A stretch of 64,000 bases of DNA. Origin: Blastocystis sp. Blastoise (taxonomy: Eukaryota > Protista > Bigyra: Opalinata). The stretch is from contig JBBPEB010000002.1 in NCBI GenBank assembly GCA_039096225.1, positions 248,001 to 312,000 of the forward strand, written 5' to 3'. The notes below the pieces were generated by a model. That model had not been told where the DNA came from. It made no database searches and worked only from the letters and a program-made list of their open reading frames with translations. The stretch's first letter is position 1. Every line of letters starts with the position of its first letter. The position numbers and the translations under genes were made by a program. Positions 1 to 17,999 of this stretch are shown one piece after another.

Positions 1-1254
1 CAGACAAAGCCAGCGATTTATATACTCGATTTAAATTAGATGGTTATCCGACTCTTCTGTATTTCCCAAAGAATGAAATTGATACACCTATTGAATTTGG
101 TCAAACCAGACAAATTAATGATTTAGTTCAATTTATTAATGAACAAACAGGTATTATTATGTTTATGGAATATATATATACTTGTATTAATGATCGGATT
201 CACTTTTTTAAGGAATATTCATAGAGTATTATTGTTCTGTTTTTATTTTGTTGTATTTTTTTTCCTTTCTTCTTTCTTTTTTTTTCTTTCTTCTTTCTTT
301 TTTACTTCTTCTTTCTATTTTTTTTCCTTTCTTCTTTCTATTCTTCTTTAGGTTTACATAAAGTACCAAAAGAGCTTTATAATCCAGTGGTTACATTAAC
401 ACATCAAAATTACACTTCTACTATTAAGAATAATCCTTATATATTTATAAAATTTTATGCTCCATGGTGTGCGAATAGTCAAGTTTTTGCTCCTATTTGG
501 AGACAAATAGCTATTATATTTTCTGAAGAAAAAGACGTATATATATATATATATAATAATAAATATTATAATAGAATGCAATATAAATTGTTATTTGTTA
601 ACAATAAGCCTATTATGGAGATTTTATAAATTTTTAATTATCATTATAATAACAATGACAATTATATTTATTATTCTTTAAAAAGAGTTGCTTATTATTT
701 ATATAGGTAGTTATTGCTGAATTGAATAACGATGTTTATCATAATATAGGTCAACGACTTGGTGTTACTGATTATCCAGCACTTTTTGTATATATATAGT
801 TATATATATAACTTTTTAAAATAATTTTATATAGTTTTTTAAAGATGAAAAAGCTATAGAATATGAAGGTGAGCGTGATGTTGAGTCTTTAGTAGATTAT
901 ATTAATACGAATACTGGTACCCAAAGAAGTATTGATGGTAGTCTAAAGCCTGAATATGGAATTCTTGAAGAATTCGAAGAAATCGTTAAATCATTTCCAA
1001 ATCTCACTCAGGAACATGCAGAACAAGCCAAAGAAATCACTAACAGATTACAAGGAAAATCTAAAGAATTCGCAAAAATCTATGTCTCTATAATTAACAA
1101 GATTGTTACAAATGGTGCTACTTATATTGATAACGAAAAAACACGAGTTCAAAACTTTATCGAATCTAAATCTGTTCTACCAAAACAAAAATATACATTC
1201 CGTATTCGTCAAAATATACTTAATCAGTTCAAATTATATGAATTTGAAGTGTAA
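1..1254 (+). CDS. Protein disulfide isomerase family, ERp38/PDI-D type (thioredoxin domains + C-terminal ERp29-like helical domain); 5' part lies outside the window
   Basis: Exons <1-150, 352-536, 707-787, 835-1254 splice in frame (GT-AG). Motifs DGYPTLLYF, IKFYAPWCANS, GVTDYPALF, YEGERDVESLVDYIN; C-terminal ...IRQNILNQF; TAA at 1252-1254. Confidence 0.85.
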
Positions 1255-1784
1255 ATAGCAATCATATTTATGTTCATTTATTTATCTAGATACACCTAAA
1301 CATAATATACTATAATTTATATGTAAATATGTTTATATATGCTAATTTCTTTTTTTTATCTTTTCAAAAACTGTTTTGCTTCATTTGTAACATATCTACA
1401 ATAAACTAGTATATTAAAATCTATATTTACATGTCTTCAATTTACATATATCATCATAAATAATCAAATAAAATAGGAATTAAAAAAGGAACATTTTTTT
1501 TCATGAATTCAAAAGAATACCGCCAAAATATATTTAAATTACTAAATTTCTACGGGAATTTTCTTCTGATAAAGTCTGCACACAACCATTTTCAAAGAAG
1601 TTTCTCCATCCATCGAAAGATCAGACCCTATCTCCATGAATTCACGGGAATATATAACTTTATACGTAATATTTCTATTTTTCCAAGAAACAGAAAAAAT
1701 GATAAATAAAAGACCCTAAGTACCAAGTATTTATTTGTTTGTTTATTGAACACTTATCGTTTAGAACATATAACTTCGTTTAAA

Positions 1785-6103
<4,319 letters not shown>

Positions 6104-6899
6104 ATTTAATTCTTAATTAACCCTTTTTTATACTCTTATATATATAATATATACATATATGCATATTTTTATAGTGTTTTTATTTATTTTTTTTTTCTGA
6201 CTTTAGTATCAATGCATAATATATTGAAATTATACTTCTTTATTTTGCTATATATTTTATATCTACTATTATTCAAAATTGTGTATCGAATTGTAAATTA
6301 TTATTATATATATATACAAATTATACAAAAAAACAAATATTTTTGTTATAGTAGTAATAATGGTAAAAATAATATTTATTTCTTAATACATTTTTTTTAA
6401 ATGAATAATTATGAATATACAGATGATTATGATTTATTAATTATATATATGAAGATATGCTAACACATTTATTTATAAACAAAATAGTACTATTTCTACA
6501 AAACTTGCTAAATTTATAAATAAAAATATATCATGTAATAACTATAGATTATCAAATATCATTATTATTTATTTGATATGCATATCACTTCGCTACAATA
6601 TATATATTAATATATCATTGACACATTACTAGACTGTTTATTTTGGTATATCAATATATATATATATATTTGTTATAATTGAATAGTTTCATGATTAAAA
6701 GAAAAGTTCATATATTAGTATTATAATAAAAATACGAAATGAAAGCAACAAGAACCAGTTTATGCAAATACAACTAATAGAATGATTATATACGAATAAA
6801 CAAATAGATGAAATAAATAAATTAATATTTGAATTTAAAGTGTAGTTAAAAATGAAAAAAAGAAAAGAAATAATAAATTATATATTATACTAATATTTG

Positions 6900-7584
6900 T
6901 TATGATGATTTTTGTTTTGTTTTTTCATATGAGACCATAAGAAGGGATTTATGTTTTACTTTTTGTTTCTATATAATAAAGATAATAGATAAGAAATATA
7001 TATAGAGAGAGGGATATAAAAAATAATATATAATAAATAAAGTATAATAAATAAATAAATATACATCAATAGGAATATCTTTTTTTAGTTTATGATTATG
7101 AATAGTAAGTAGACAGTTTTCCCAATGGAGACAGTTACATATAGAGGTATAAAGTACAGTAGCATCTAAATCCTATATATATATATAATATTATAATGTT
7201 ATATATGTATATATAGAGAAATAAAAATAAATGATAATTATATATTTTAAAAAAATAGAAATCAAAGAATAATAACAAATATTAAGAAAAAATATTATAT
7301 ATATATATATACTTTGGGTATTTGTATATCTGTTTGTATATTTCCAATATTAAGAGTGATAGTAATAAGTTTTTGTTTATTGGTTATATAGGATGCTATA
7401 GATGACTCTATATACGTAGTAATAGAAGAAGGAGAAGGAAGAGAAGAGAAAGGATCGAGGGACTATAGAATAAGCATAGGTATATATATATAGATATAGA
7501 TATAGATATATATAATGTAAATATATACTTGTGATTGACATTGAACATCAATTAATTCTTCTCCTTCTATATCAAGATCCTATA

Positions 7585-7615
<31 letters not shown>

Positions 7616-8865
7616 TATATAGATACTTGAGGAGTATCTGATGGAGACAGTTCGTCGCCATCAAAGAGAAGTTTAACGTTATCAACGTTCTTTGTCGTTT
7701 GAATATGTTGAAATACTATTTCAAAAGTATCTGACTAAAGTATATATATATTTAGTATATTTTAATAATATTTAATTGGATAAATATAAAAAATATATAT
7801 GTTATATACAGAAATAATAAATATATATATATACAGGAAATAAGAAGAAGTTTTCTTTTTGAGAATCATCTTCATTGTATCTTAATTTAATATATATTTG
7901 TCCAGGTAGTCCCGTGGGAATCTCAGGTTCCTTTGTAGTTGTACTAGATGTATTTATAGGAAGAGAAGCAAGAGAAGTGGAATAAGTTTTATCTACTTGA
8001 TCATATATCTGTTTATCAAATGCATCTAATTCTGCATCTACTGACTTCTCTACCTATATATAATAATAATATATAATGATATATAATAATATAATAATAT
8101 AATATATATATATACATCTATATTATTAATAACATTAAGATCTTCTTCTTCTTCTTCTTCTTCTTGAAGTTGTTTCAACTCAGGAATCTCTTCTCTATCT
8201 ATATCTATGATTGGACTAATATTATTCTCCTGGGAATCCATCGTTCTAGTAATATTCTCACATAATTCATTCGTTTTTGATGTTATCTGTCTATAAAATT
8301 AATATATATATTTATATTGAAAATATTCATAAATATATAAACTATATATAATAAAAGAATTACTTTAAAAGAACAATTTTATTGAGCATTTCTATAGAAT
8401 CTTTAGACATATTTGTTAACGCAGACGCTTTGCTCTCTTTTAAAATCTGCTCGACATCAATATCACTAGCTGTACTGGACTCTATATATATAGACATATA
8501 AAATAATATATAAAAGAACATAAAAAAATAAATAATAAATTATTTTGGTCTATAAAAAAAATACTATTCATTTGTGTATCACCAGATTGACTTGGATTCT
8601 GAGTTGTGTCGGTATCCAAGAAACTTTCATCACCTTCAGATTGTTTTCTTCGTTTTGAAGAGTAGAATGAAGAGTTCTCTTCACTATCAGAGTCATCACT
8701 CGATATATTTATAGTTGTTAATTCATTAGCTAAAAAGAAAAAAAATGAAAAAACATAGAGAAATAAAGAGATTCAAGCATTAATGAAATAAATACCTTTC
8801 TTTACTAATGAATCTTTCTTCTTCGATACAAATAACGATATATCATCAGAATCAGAGTCACTCAT
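6900..8865 (-). CDS. Rad60/Esc2/NIP45-like protein: acidic Ser-rich N-terminus plus SUMO-like domain(s)
   Basis: 10 exons in frame from MSDSDSDDISLF to ...KTKQKSS*. SUMO-like signature VKLLFDGDELSPSDTPQDLDIEGEELIDV, followed by a second, divergent ubiquitin-fold-like segment. Confidence 0.7.
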
Positions 8866-9105
8866 TTGTAACTAATACACTAATTACTATTTATTCTTGT
8901 GTTTAAATAATCAATTAAACTTTCTAATAATGGAAAAAATAAATTATTCACTGAATCTAGGGTTTTATTCACTATATATGTGATCAAATTTAAATCATAT
9001 CGAGTTGCTCGAAAAAGAAGAACAGAACAAATTTCTGAGAATTTATTATTTCTTTGCTGTTTCCCAAGAAATCAGAGAAATACTTTTGTCTATTTGTTAA
9101 TAACC

Positions 9106-9153
9106 ATGGAAAATAAAGCAGTTTTGTTTTTTCTTGTCGTTCTTTTAAAATAA
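9106..9153 (+). promoter_or_regulatory. Putative uORF (MENKAVLFFLVVLLK*) upstream of ABCF gene, within the 294-bp divergent intergenic region
   Basis: accATGg context at 9106; in frame with main ATG 9160; TAA ends 6 nt before it. Confidence 0.35.
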
Positions 9154-9159
9154 AGAAAT

Positions 9160-9811
9160 ATGCAATCTGCTGATGAATTTCATGAAGATAAAGATTGGGG
9201 TGGTGCTGCTCCTGATCAATTCACTTGTTCTCAACAACCTCAAAACAAGAATGATGTCAATTGGATCAATAGCAAAGATATTCATATTGATAAAATCAAT
9301 ATCGCTGCTAAAGGCAAACCTCTGTTTGTGAATGCAGAATTAAAGATTGCTTATGGTAAGAAATATGGTTTAGTAGGTCCTAATGGTCAAGGTAAATCAA
9401 CTCTTTTGAAGATGATTGCTAGTCGTGAGTTATCGATTCCTCCAAATATTGAAATTCTTTATGTGGAACAAGAAATTGTAGCTGATGATACTCCTGCTAT
9501 TAAAGCTGTCCTTAAAGCTGATCAAAAAAGAACAAATCTTTTAAAAAGAGAAAAAGAACTTCAAGCTATTGTTGAAGATGAAAATGCTTTAGAAGAAATG
9601 AGTCTTGAAGAATCCGATAAAATCGTATTTATTTTATTTTTTATTTAATTTATATATTTAATAAATATTATATGTATATATTATTTATTTAGTATTATAT
9701 ATTTATTTTTATTTGATTTATATATAGATGGAAGAATATCGTGATTTAGAAAAAGAGATTAATTTCTTAGGATTACATAATGCTGAACCTAGAGCTAGAA
9801 GAATATTAGCT

Positions 9812-9877
<66 letters not shown>

Positions 9878-11622
9878 TAGGTCTTGGATTTACTCCGGAT
9901 ATGCAGCAGATGCCTACGAAGTCATTTAGTGGTGGTTGGAGAATGAGAATATCTTTGGCACGTGCTCTGTTTTTACAACCTGATTTATTATTATTGGATG
10001 AACCCACAAATCACCTTGATCTTAATGCTGTTATTTGGTTGGATAATTATTTACAGAAATGGAAGTCTACTTTATTAGTAGTATCACATGATCAGGAGTT
10101 CTTATCTTCTGTTTGTGAATCTATTATACATTTAGATATGAAGAAATTGAATTATTATAAAGGTGATTATTATACATTTAAGAAGATGGAAGTTCAGAAG
10201 AAAGCTGAATCGTATAAAGCTTGGCAGGAACAGCAGAAAGAGTTAAAGAAAGCGAAGTTAGCAGGTAAATCGAAAGAAGCCGCTGAGAAGAATGTCACGA
10301 AGAGAAGAGAGAAAGATGCAGGAAAGAAGAGTAAGAAGAATGGTATGGGGGAATGGACAGAAGAACAGGATGATGCTACACAATTACTAGAAAGACCCTC
10401 AGAATATATTGTGGAATTCTCATTCCCTCCTGTATATACATTATTATATTATTATTATTATATTTATTATTAGATCATTCTATTTATTTATTATTATTAA
10501 TATATATATATATATATATATAGTGTGATGAATTACGTCCTCCGATTATTTCAGTTGAAAATGTGACATTTGGTTATTCACCTGAAAAGATCTTACTGAA
10601 AAATGTTGATTTCGGCTTAAATATGTCAAGTAGAATTAGTATTGTAGGTCCAAATGGTATCGGTAAAAGTACTTTATTGAAATTAATCACGGGAGATCTC
10701 CATCCTTTAGAAGGTGAAGTACGTATTAATAGCAAATTAAGACTTGGTATATATAATCAACATTTCGTAGATAAATTACCTATGGATGTATCTGCTGTTG
10801 AATACCTTCAATCTCGTTATCCAGAACAATCTTATCAAGATAGTATATATATATAATTATTATTATTATAGTACTTATTATAATATTCTATTTATAGTTC
10901 GTAATTTACTTGGTCGTTATGGTTTAGAGGGACATGCACATACAATTAAGATTCAAAGCTTATCTGGTGGTCAAAAGTCACGTGTTACATTCGCTGAGAT
11001 ATCTTTATCTCGTCCTCATATTCTATTATTAGATGAACCTACAAATCATTTAGATATAGAGTCTATTGATGCTTTAGGTGAGGCTCTTCGTACATTTGAA
11101 GGAGGTGTATTATTAGTATCTCATGATGCTCGTTTATTAATGGTCACTAATTGTGAAATGTGGTTAATGGATAATCAAACAGTTAGCTTTATTGAAGGAG
11201 GATATGAAGAATATAAGAAATCATTACTTGATAGCTTAGAAGATGTATATATATTATTATTATATTCTATATTATTATATTATTATATTATTATATTATA
11301 TTATTTTATATAGTCTGATGATGAAGATAATGCATCTCAAATTAAATATACGAAGAAGAAACAGTTGAAAGTAGAGAATATAGATGAAGCTGCTATAGCT
11401 GCTAATGCTCTTGATGCTTTATTTGCTAAGAAGAAGGATAAGAAAGAAAAGAAAGAGAAAAAGGAAAAGAAAGAGAAGAAAGAAGGTGAGGATGGAGAAG
11501 AAAAGAAGAAGAAGAAAGAAAAGAAAGAGAAAAAGGAAAAGAAAGAAGGTGAAGATGGTGAAGAAAAGAAGAAGAAGAAGGAAAAGAAGGAAAAGAAAGA
11601 GAAAGAAACTGTAGAAGCCTAA
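9160..11622 (+). CDS. ABCF1: ABC-F family ATPase (ABCF1/GCN20-like translation factor) with C-terminal Lys/Glu-rich tail
   Basis: Two ABC domains and no TM domain: [28 protein letters not shown]; [28 protein letters not shown]. 6 exons in frame. Paralogue assignment within ABCF is less certain than the family. Confidence 0.85.
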
Positions 11623-11926
11623 ATGGTTTTATAATAAGCATATATTTTTTCAAATTCACTCTTTTTTTTATTTTTTCTTATTTATTTATTTGTTTTCAAT
11701 AATTCATAATTCTTTTTCTTGTTATATATAATATATTGACTGTGTTTCTATATATATATTTGTTCTCATTTTCTTCAGTTGTTTTGTTTAAATAGAATAT
11801 TAAGTTTTTTTTAGAAAATATAAAATAAAATTTTTAGAAATATACTATATACTATAAATAGATGAAAAACAAAATATTATTGAATGAAAACAACACGATT
11901 ATTTAGATAAAGAATATATTTATATA

Positions 11927-14619
11927 TTATTTCTTTAATAAGTCTGCCAGTTGCTTAAGGTCTTCTTTTGTTGTTGTTTTCTCTGGTGTGTCATTTGATG
12001 TCATTTCAAAATGTGGCATAGCCTCTTTTGACTATAGAATAAGTATATGTAGAATAATAAGTTGAATAATAAGTATAAAACTAAGTATAATAACAATAAT
12101 AAGTAGGATAACTATAATAAGTAGAATAACTATAATAAGTTGAATAAATATATATATATACAATCATAAAGGGTTTTTCTTGAAAATAAGGATGTTGAAG
12201 TGCTTCTTCCGCGGTTATTCTTTGTTTTGGATCCCACGCTAATAATTTTAGTAATAAATCCATTCCTTGTTCTGATAAATATACAGGTGAAGCAATAGCA
12301 ATAGCAGGTAATACAGTTCGTAAGTTACTTCTCACATTTTTCACTTTATTTAATTCATTATTCCAACAAGTATTCTTAAAACCATCATATTCAGGCTATA
12401 CATATATAATACATAATATATAATACATAATATATAATATATAATATAATTATATATATATATACAGGTGGATAGCCAATTTGTTTAATAATTTTAATAA
12501 GTGCTTCCATTTCTCCGTTTCCCTGTTTTAGAGACACAAATGGAGTTCGAGTTAATAACTCATAAAATATACATCCTACACTCCACATATCTAATTTATC
12601 ATCATATAAAACTTTAGATTCCCGCGGGTTTACTAGTAATTCAGGTGCTCTATATCCGAGTGACACGACCTGCTGCGTATATAACTCGAGGGGATCCGAA
12701 TAAATACGCGCCAAACCTAATGGAGGGAAATACACAATAATAAATGAATAAATAATAATAATAGTAGTATTATTATATATATATATATATACCAAAATCA
12801 CAAATAGAGAGTTGACCATTATTATATAATAAATTACTCAATTTTAAATCTCTATAGATTTATGAATAAATAAATAATAATAATAATAATATATATATAC
12901 CTATGTATAATCCATTTAGAATGCATATATTCCACTCCTTGTAATAATTGATATAATAAGCATTTCACTTCTGATTGGCTGAAAGGCACCTGCATCTTCG
13001 TGAACATGACTTTGACCATATCAAGTGGCAGATATTCCATGACCATATACGTCGTCATTGGGGGATGAGGGTCTATCACCATCTCTTTCACGGGAATTAT
13101 ATTGGGATGATGCAATGATAATAATACTATATATATATATATATATATCTAGAGTAATTTATATATATAATAGTATATCTACAGATATAGAGATAGAGAG
13201 AAATATATATATATATAATAGTATATATATACAATTCACTTCTCGAAGTGCTGTAATGGGAAAACCAGAAGCAGATGTTGTCGATGGATTTATTTTAATC
13301 TTTTTAAGAGCGACAATTTCTTGTGTGATATTATTCTTTGCTTTGTATACAACGCCATACGTACCCTCTCCTAACCTCTGAATCTTGGAATATACACTTA
13401 TATTACGACATCCCTATATATATACATACATAGATAATATCTATATATATATATATACATACATCTGGATTTATTGGTTCTATTATTTTAGGTGCTATAT
13501 ATATAATGATATTATTATTAAATAGAGTATCATATTATTATATATAGAATACATTCAATAATAGGTGAAACAATCTTTTCTTCTTCTTCTTCTTTTTCTT
13601 CTTCTTGTGTATTTATATCCATTTTATTTATAGAAATAGTATTTGAGGGATCTTGAGGAGTCAGAGACACAGATGGAGACACAGATTTTGGAGATACTCT
13701 CTATATTCATTATATATATATATATATATTATTATGATTACCTTTTGAAAGGATATCTCTTCTTGATCTTCTTCTTCTATATATATATATATAATCATAT
13801 AATTATTATTATATATTAACTATATATATATATACCATCATCACTCATCCATCGAGGAGTCTTCTTCTTTCCATCCTCTATATACATATACATATATATA
13901 TATATATATATATACCTAAAGGAGTACAAGGTGAAACACTATTATTATTATTATTATTATTATTTGTGCATATATTTGGTGACACACTGTTCGTCACATC
14001 TTCATCAGAAGACCAAACATGTGATTTCGTTAACTATATATATATATAATATCAATAATATTCATCTTATAATATATACACTCTTTTCATTTACTTCTTT
14101 TTGATTCTGTTTTTCTATATAAAAAAAAATAAGAATATATATATATATATATAAATATCACTTACCTGTTTCTTGTTTTTCTTTTAACGAAAGTGCCTTC
14201 TTCTTTAAATTCTCTAATACCTATTCAATATATAATTATATATAACTATAGAGTATAATCTAAAATACAGAGTTCTTTTTAACTGGAGGTAATTTTGATT
14301 TTGATTCTTCTTTATAGGACTGATGATCCTCTCTATGTGGTCTAGAAGATCTAGATGATCTAGAATCTCTGCGATCATCAACATCATAGGAATGAAGACC
14401 ATAACGATCTGAAGGAGAACGAGATCGTCCACGATCACCATAATATCGACCTTTTTCTTCATATTTATTCAATTTTGAAATCGATTTATCTTTTGAATTA
14501 TCAAAGTCAAAATCATAGATTCTTTCATTCATCCTATCTCTGTTTCTGTGTGATGAACGATATGGTTTTTGATCTTCGTAAGATGGTGAATGCGATAAAC
14601 TACGATTTCTTGAACTCAT
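11927..14619 (-). CDS. CDK11: CDK11/CDK10-type cyclin-dependent kinase with N-terminal RS/RD-rich region
   Basis: 14 exons in frame; GCRN, LGEGTYGVVY, VALKK, GFPITALRE (PITSLRE-like), HRDLKLSNLL, DFGLAR, YRAPE. Confidence 0.85.
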
Positions 14620-14995
14620 CTCTCAACTTTTCTCTTTATAATGAGTATAAATAAATGTAAAAGAAAACCAAATGAAGAAGTTCGAAACACTTTTTGTTTT
14701 GATTTTCTTAAAAATTTTAAAGATTTGCTAGTTCTATAATAAGTAATTAAGTCATTATAAAAAATGTAGAAATAAAAACATGGATTCACACTAGTATATG
14801 TTTATGAAATATAAGGATAACAATCTGTTTGTAATCGAATGAAGAAGAATGTTACTGTAATATTGCATATTTTTCAATAGAATCATTTAATTATGTAGAT
14901 GATATTATGGTGTAATTGAAGAAAGTATTTCATAAAGTATTGATGGATTCTAGATATGAAATGACTGTAAACACTATGGACATTTTTTCAGGTTT

Positions 14996-15204
14996 CTGTC
15001 AAAAGGTCCAACGACTTTTTTGTTTTGGTTTCCCCAGTGGTGAGCAGTGAAAATTTTTAAATATGTAGCTGACAAAAGGTTATTTGATTTTTCTGTTTGG
15101 TTTCCCCAGTGGTGGAGCAGTGAAAAAATTTTAAAGGGTAGCTGACAAAAGGTCCAACGACTTTTTTGCTTTGGTTTCCCCAGTGGTGAGCAGTGAAATT
15201 TTTT
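14996..15204 (+). repeat. Three 73-bp subterminal tandem repeats (core TTTGGTTTCCCCAGTGGTG(G)AGCAGTGAAA)
   Basis: Units start at 14996, 15069 and 15142 (CTGWCAAAAGGT...), directly inside the left TIR. Confidence 0.9.
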
Positions 15205-15492
15205 GTCAGAGTTTCAGTGATTTTATAAAATCGAAAAGCAGTGCAAAAGTATGACGCACCTTAAAACAATAATTGGCGAATAAAAATGGTTTTAAATATT
15301 CTCTATTTTTTCATTTATTGGTTTTTTTATTCTTTTTGTGGTGTAATAATAAACGATATAACAAAACAAACAAATTAAATATTATCAAATAATCATAAAA
15401 ACAAATAATAGAAAACAATAATAATAAATATATAAAAAAAAGATAATAAAACATATAATAAATAATATAATAAAATATATATAATATTTAAT

Positions 15493-15989
15493 TTATAATA
15501 TTTCAACCAGGACAGTTTCAGTCTTTAATTTGCATTTAAGCCTAAGCAACCTATATAAAGAGATGATATTAATTAACTAGTACTATTAGTAATATATATA
15601 ACATTTTAAAATAATAATAAAATAAAAATATATACCTTTTATTGAAGCCATTACTAGAAAAAGCAAGGACCAAAGGCAAGGAACCATCCTATAAAAGATA
15701 TATTAAATAGTATAAGTAATAAAAAGGAATATAATTAATATATATACATACCTTTGATAAGCCATTCTCTCCAATTAACAACAACGACAGCAACGGAACC
15801 CCCGGAAACCTATATAAAGATAGAGTAAGTTATATAATATAATAATATATAATAAAGTAAATTAATATAGAATAATAAAATATAAATATATACATTACTG
15901 CTATATAAATATAAAGTGGGGTTAGTTATATAATATGTAATAGATAATATAGATGATATATACCTTCTTTTAACATTGATTCCTTCCAT
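15493..15989 (-). CDS. Small spliced ORF of unknown function (64 aa) inside the CACTA-type element
   Basis: Comparatively GC-rich exons 15989-15964, 15809-15752, 15688-15636, 15550-15493 bounded by host-type GTAT..TATAG introns; frame stays open: MEGINVKRRFPGVPLLSLLLIGENGLSKDGSLPLVLAFSSNGFNKRLLRLKCKLKTETVLVEIL*. Could instead be non-coding. Confidence 0.4.
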
Positions 15990-17999
15990 TCTAGACCTAA
16001 AGAACCCATCTATAAGAGAGCCACGACCACACAAAAGAAGGACCAGAACGTTTAAGGAGACCAGCAAGTGTCAAAACACCAAGCAGAGACAGCTACAATA
16101 GAAAAATGAATGAATAGAGTAGAAAAAATAAAATATAAAGAAACAGCAAACACCTACCATCATAATAGTATCATATATAATAAAATAAAAATAAAATTTA
16201 ATAATATATCATATTAATCATATAAGATATAATAAAATAAATATGTGATAAGTCATGTAGCATTTTGTTTTGTTATAAAAGGGTGTAATAGGAATTTAGA
16301 AGATATAGCTGAAATAATGAAAATAAACATGAATAATCTCATATCTACTAAATATAGAGAATCTTCATCATAAGAAAAATGAATGGTTAAGAATAAAAGA
16401 GAAAGAAAAATTTTATTTCTATGAGGAAAATGGATATTGTTATTGTTATTTTCAATTTATCATAATTATCATAAGTAATACAAAAATTGTTTTATTTTAA
16501 AGAATTATATAGTTATTTATCATTATATCATTTTATAATCAGTTTTGACTATGGAAGAGTGATTTTTATCCTTAATTGTCAAAATTATTTTTAGTATCAC
16601 TCAGTAAGTATAAGTCTTTTAAAAAATAAATATAGGTTACAATACAGACTTATAGAGAAGACTCTGAAACTTCTATTTCCAGAATAAAAGTCATTTATAT
16701 AATCCAGAATGATTGCCTGAATCATTATTTAAAGAATCAGTTTTATCACATATCTTCAATAAAATTATAAAATAAAGAAAATGAAGATAAAAAGGTCTAG
16801 AGTCGAAAATGTTATGAAATATTATCTTTTTAATGTATTTGTCCCGATTTTTTATTAATCTGTTATCATAATATGACAAAGAGAGTGGTAAAAACATTTT
16901 AAAAGTGAATTAAAGCAATAATTGGAATCAAGTTAAAGTCTTCTAATACCTTTAAATAGACTTGAAATACATAGAGTAAGCATTTTTTCATGCAAATAGT
17001 GTTTTTCATTTAAATAATATCAAAAACAAATCAAAATAGTATTTTATAATTACTCAGCAAGAACTTTTTCTAGTATTCAAGGACTTACTATTATCAAATA
17101 TACGTATAAACAAACAAAAATCATATTTTATATATTTTTAGTTGAATAGTCGGAGTCGTGTTGATAGTTTATTATAAAACAAATGCAAAAATCACTTTTT
17201 TGTCAAAAAAAGTCTTATATCGATATATAGTTTTATTCATAATTTATTTATTGTCTACAAACTCTGTGTATTCATTTTAAGTGATTTTTAGTAAAACTAA
17301 AATTATTTGAAATATATTCTAATTTCGAAAATGACAAAAACATATTATATTACATATTTAGTGTTTAAATGAAGTTTAAAAGTTATTAAAATATCAATTA
17401 GTTAAAAAATATAAAATATTGAGAATCTCCATTTTTATGACTTGTCTTAAATCACGTTAAAGGTGTATAATTGAATAGTTGCATTGATTATTTGTATGAT
17501 TCTAGTAATATTTTCTAAGAATTTTGTTTTTTAACAAGAATAAATTCTTAATTTATTGTTTATCAACTTAAAAATGTATTTAAATGATTATTTTCTTGTG
17601 TAAAAGGGTATAGTGGTTATATGAAAAAAAAATTACGCAGAATCATTTGATAATATAATTTTGAAAATGAGAATTATTATTTTGAACTAAACTAATTTTT
17701 CACATATACTCATTATAAAACGACTTGAATAATCTTTTGAGAAGATTATTTTGTTTTATAATACACTTAAGAAGTAATTGAATGTTATTGTGTCTCTTTT
17801 TGTTAAAAAGATTATTTTGAATGCTATTTTTGATTGATCTATATATTATCAATGCATTCAATGATGAAATAAATACATATGTAAAGAAAAAATAGTAATT
17901 GATCTAATTTATCTTCATCTATTTGAATAGATAATTTTTGAAAAAATTAATATAATATAATTATTGATACCTATATATAAAGAATTAGTTATGTAATTG

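Noticed and set aside
14996-15204. CRISPR-like array
   Set aside because: Only three units, the intervening parts are related to each other, the context is eukaryotic and no cas genes are present. Better explained as transposon subterminal repeats.
17958-17985. Abutting acceptor/donor (TATATAG|GTATCA) just 3' of the cloverleaf as a recursive splice site
   Set aside because: Such strings arise easily in this TA-rich sequence; unsupported without RNA data.
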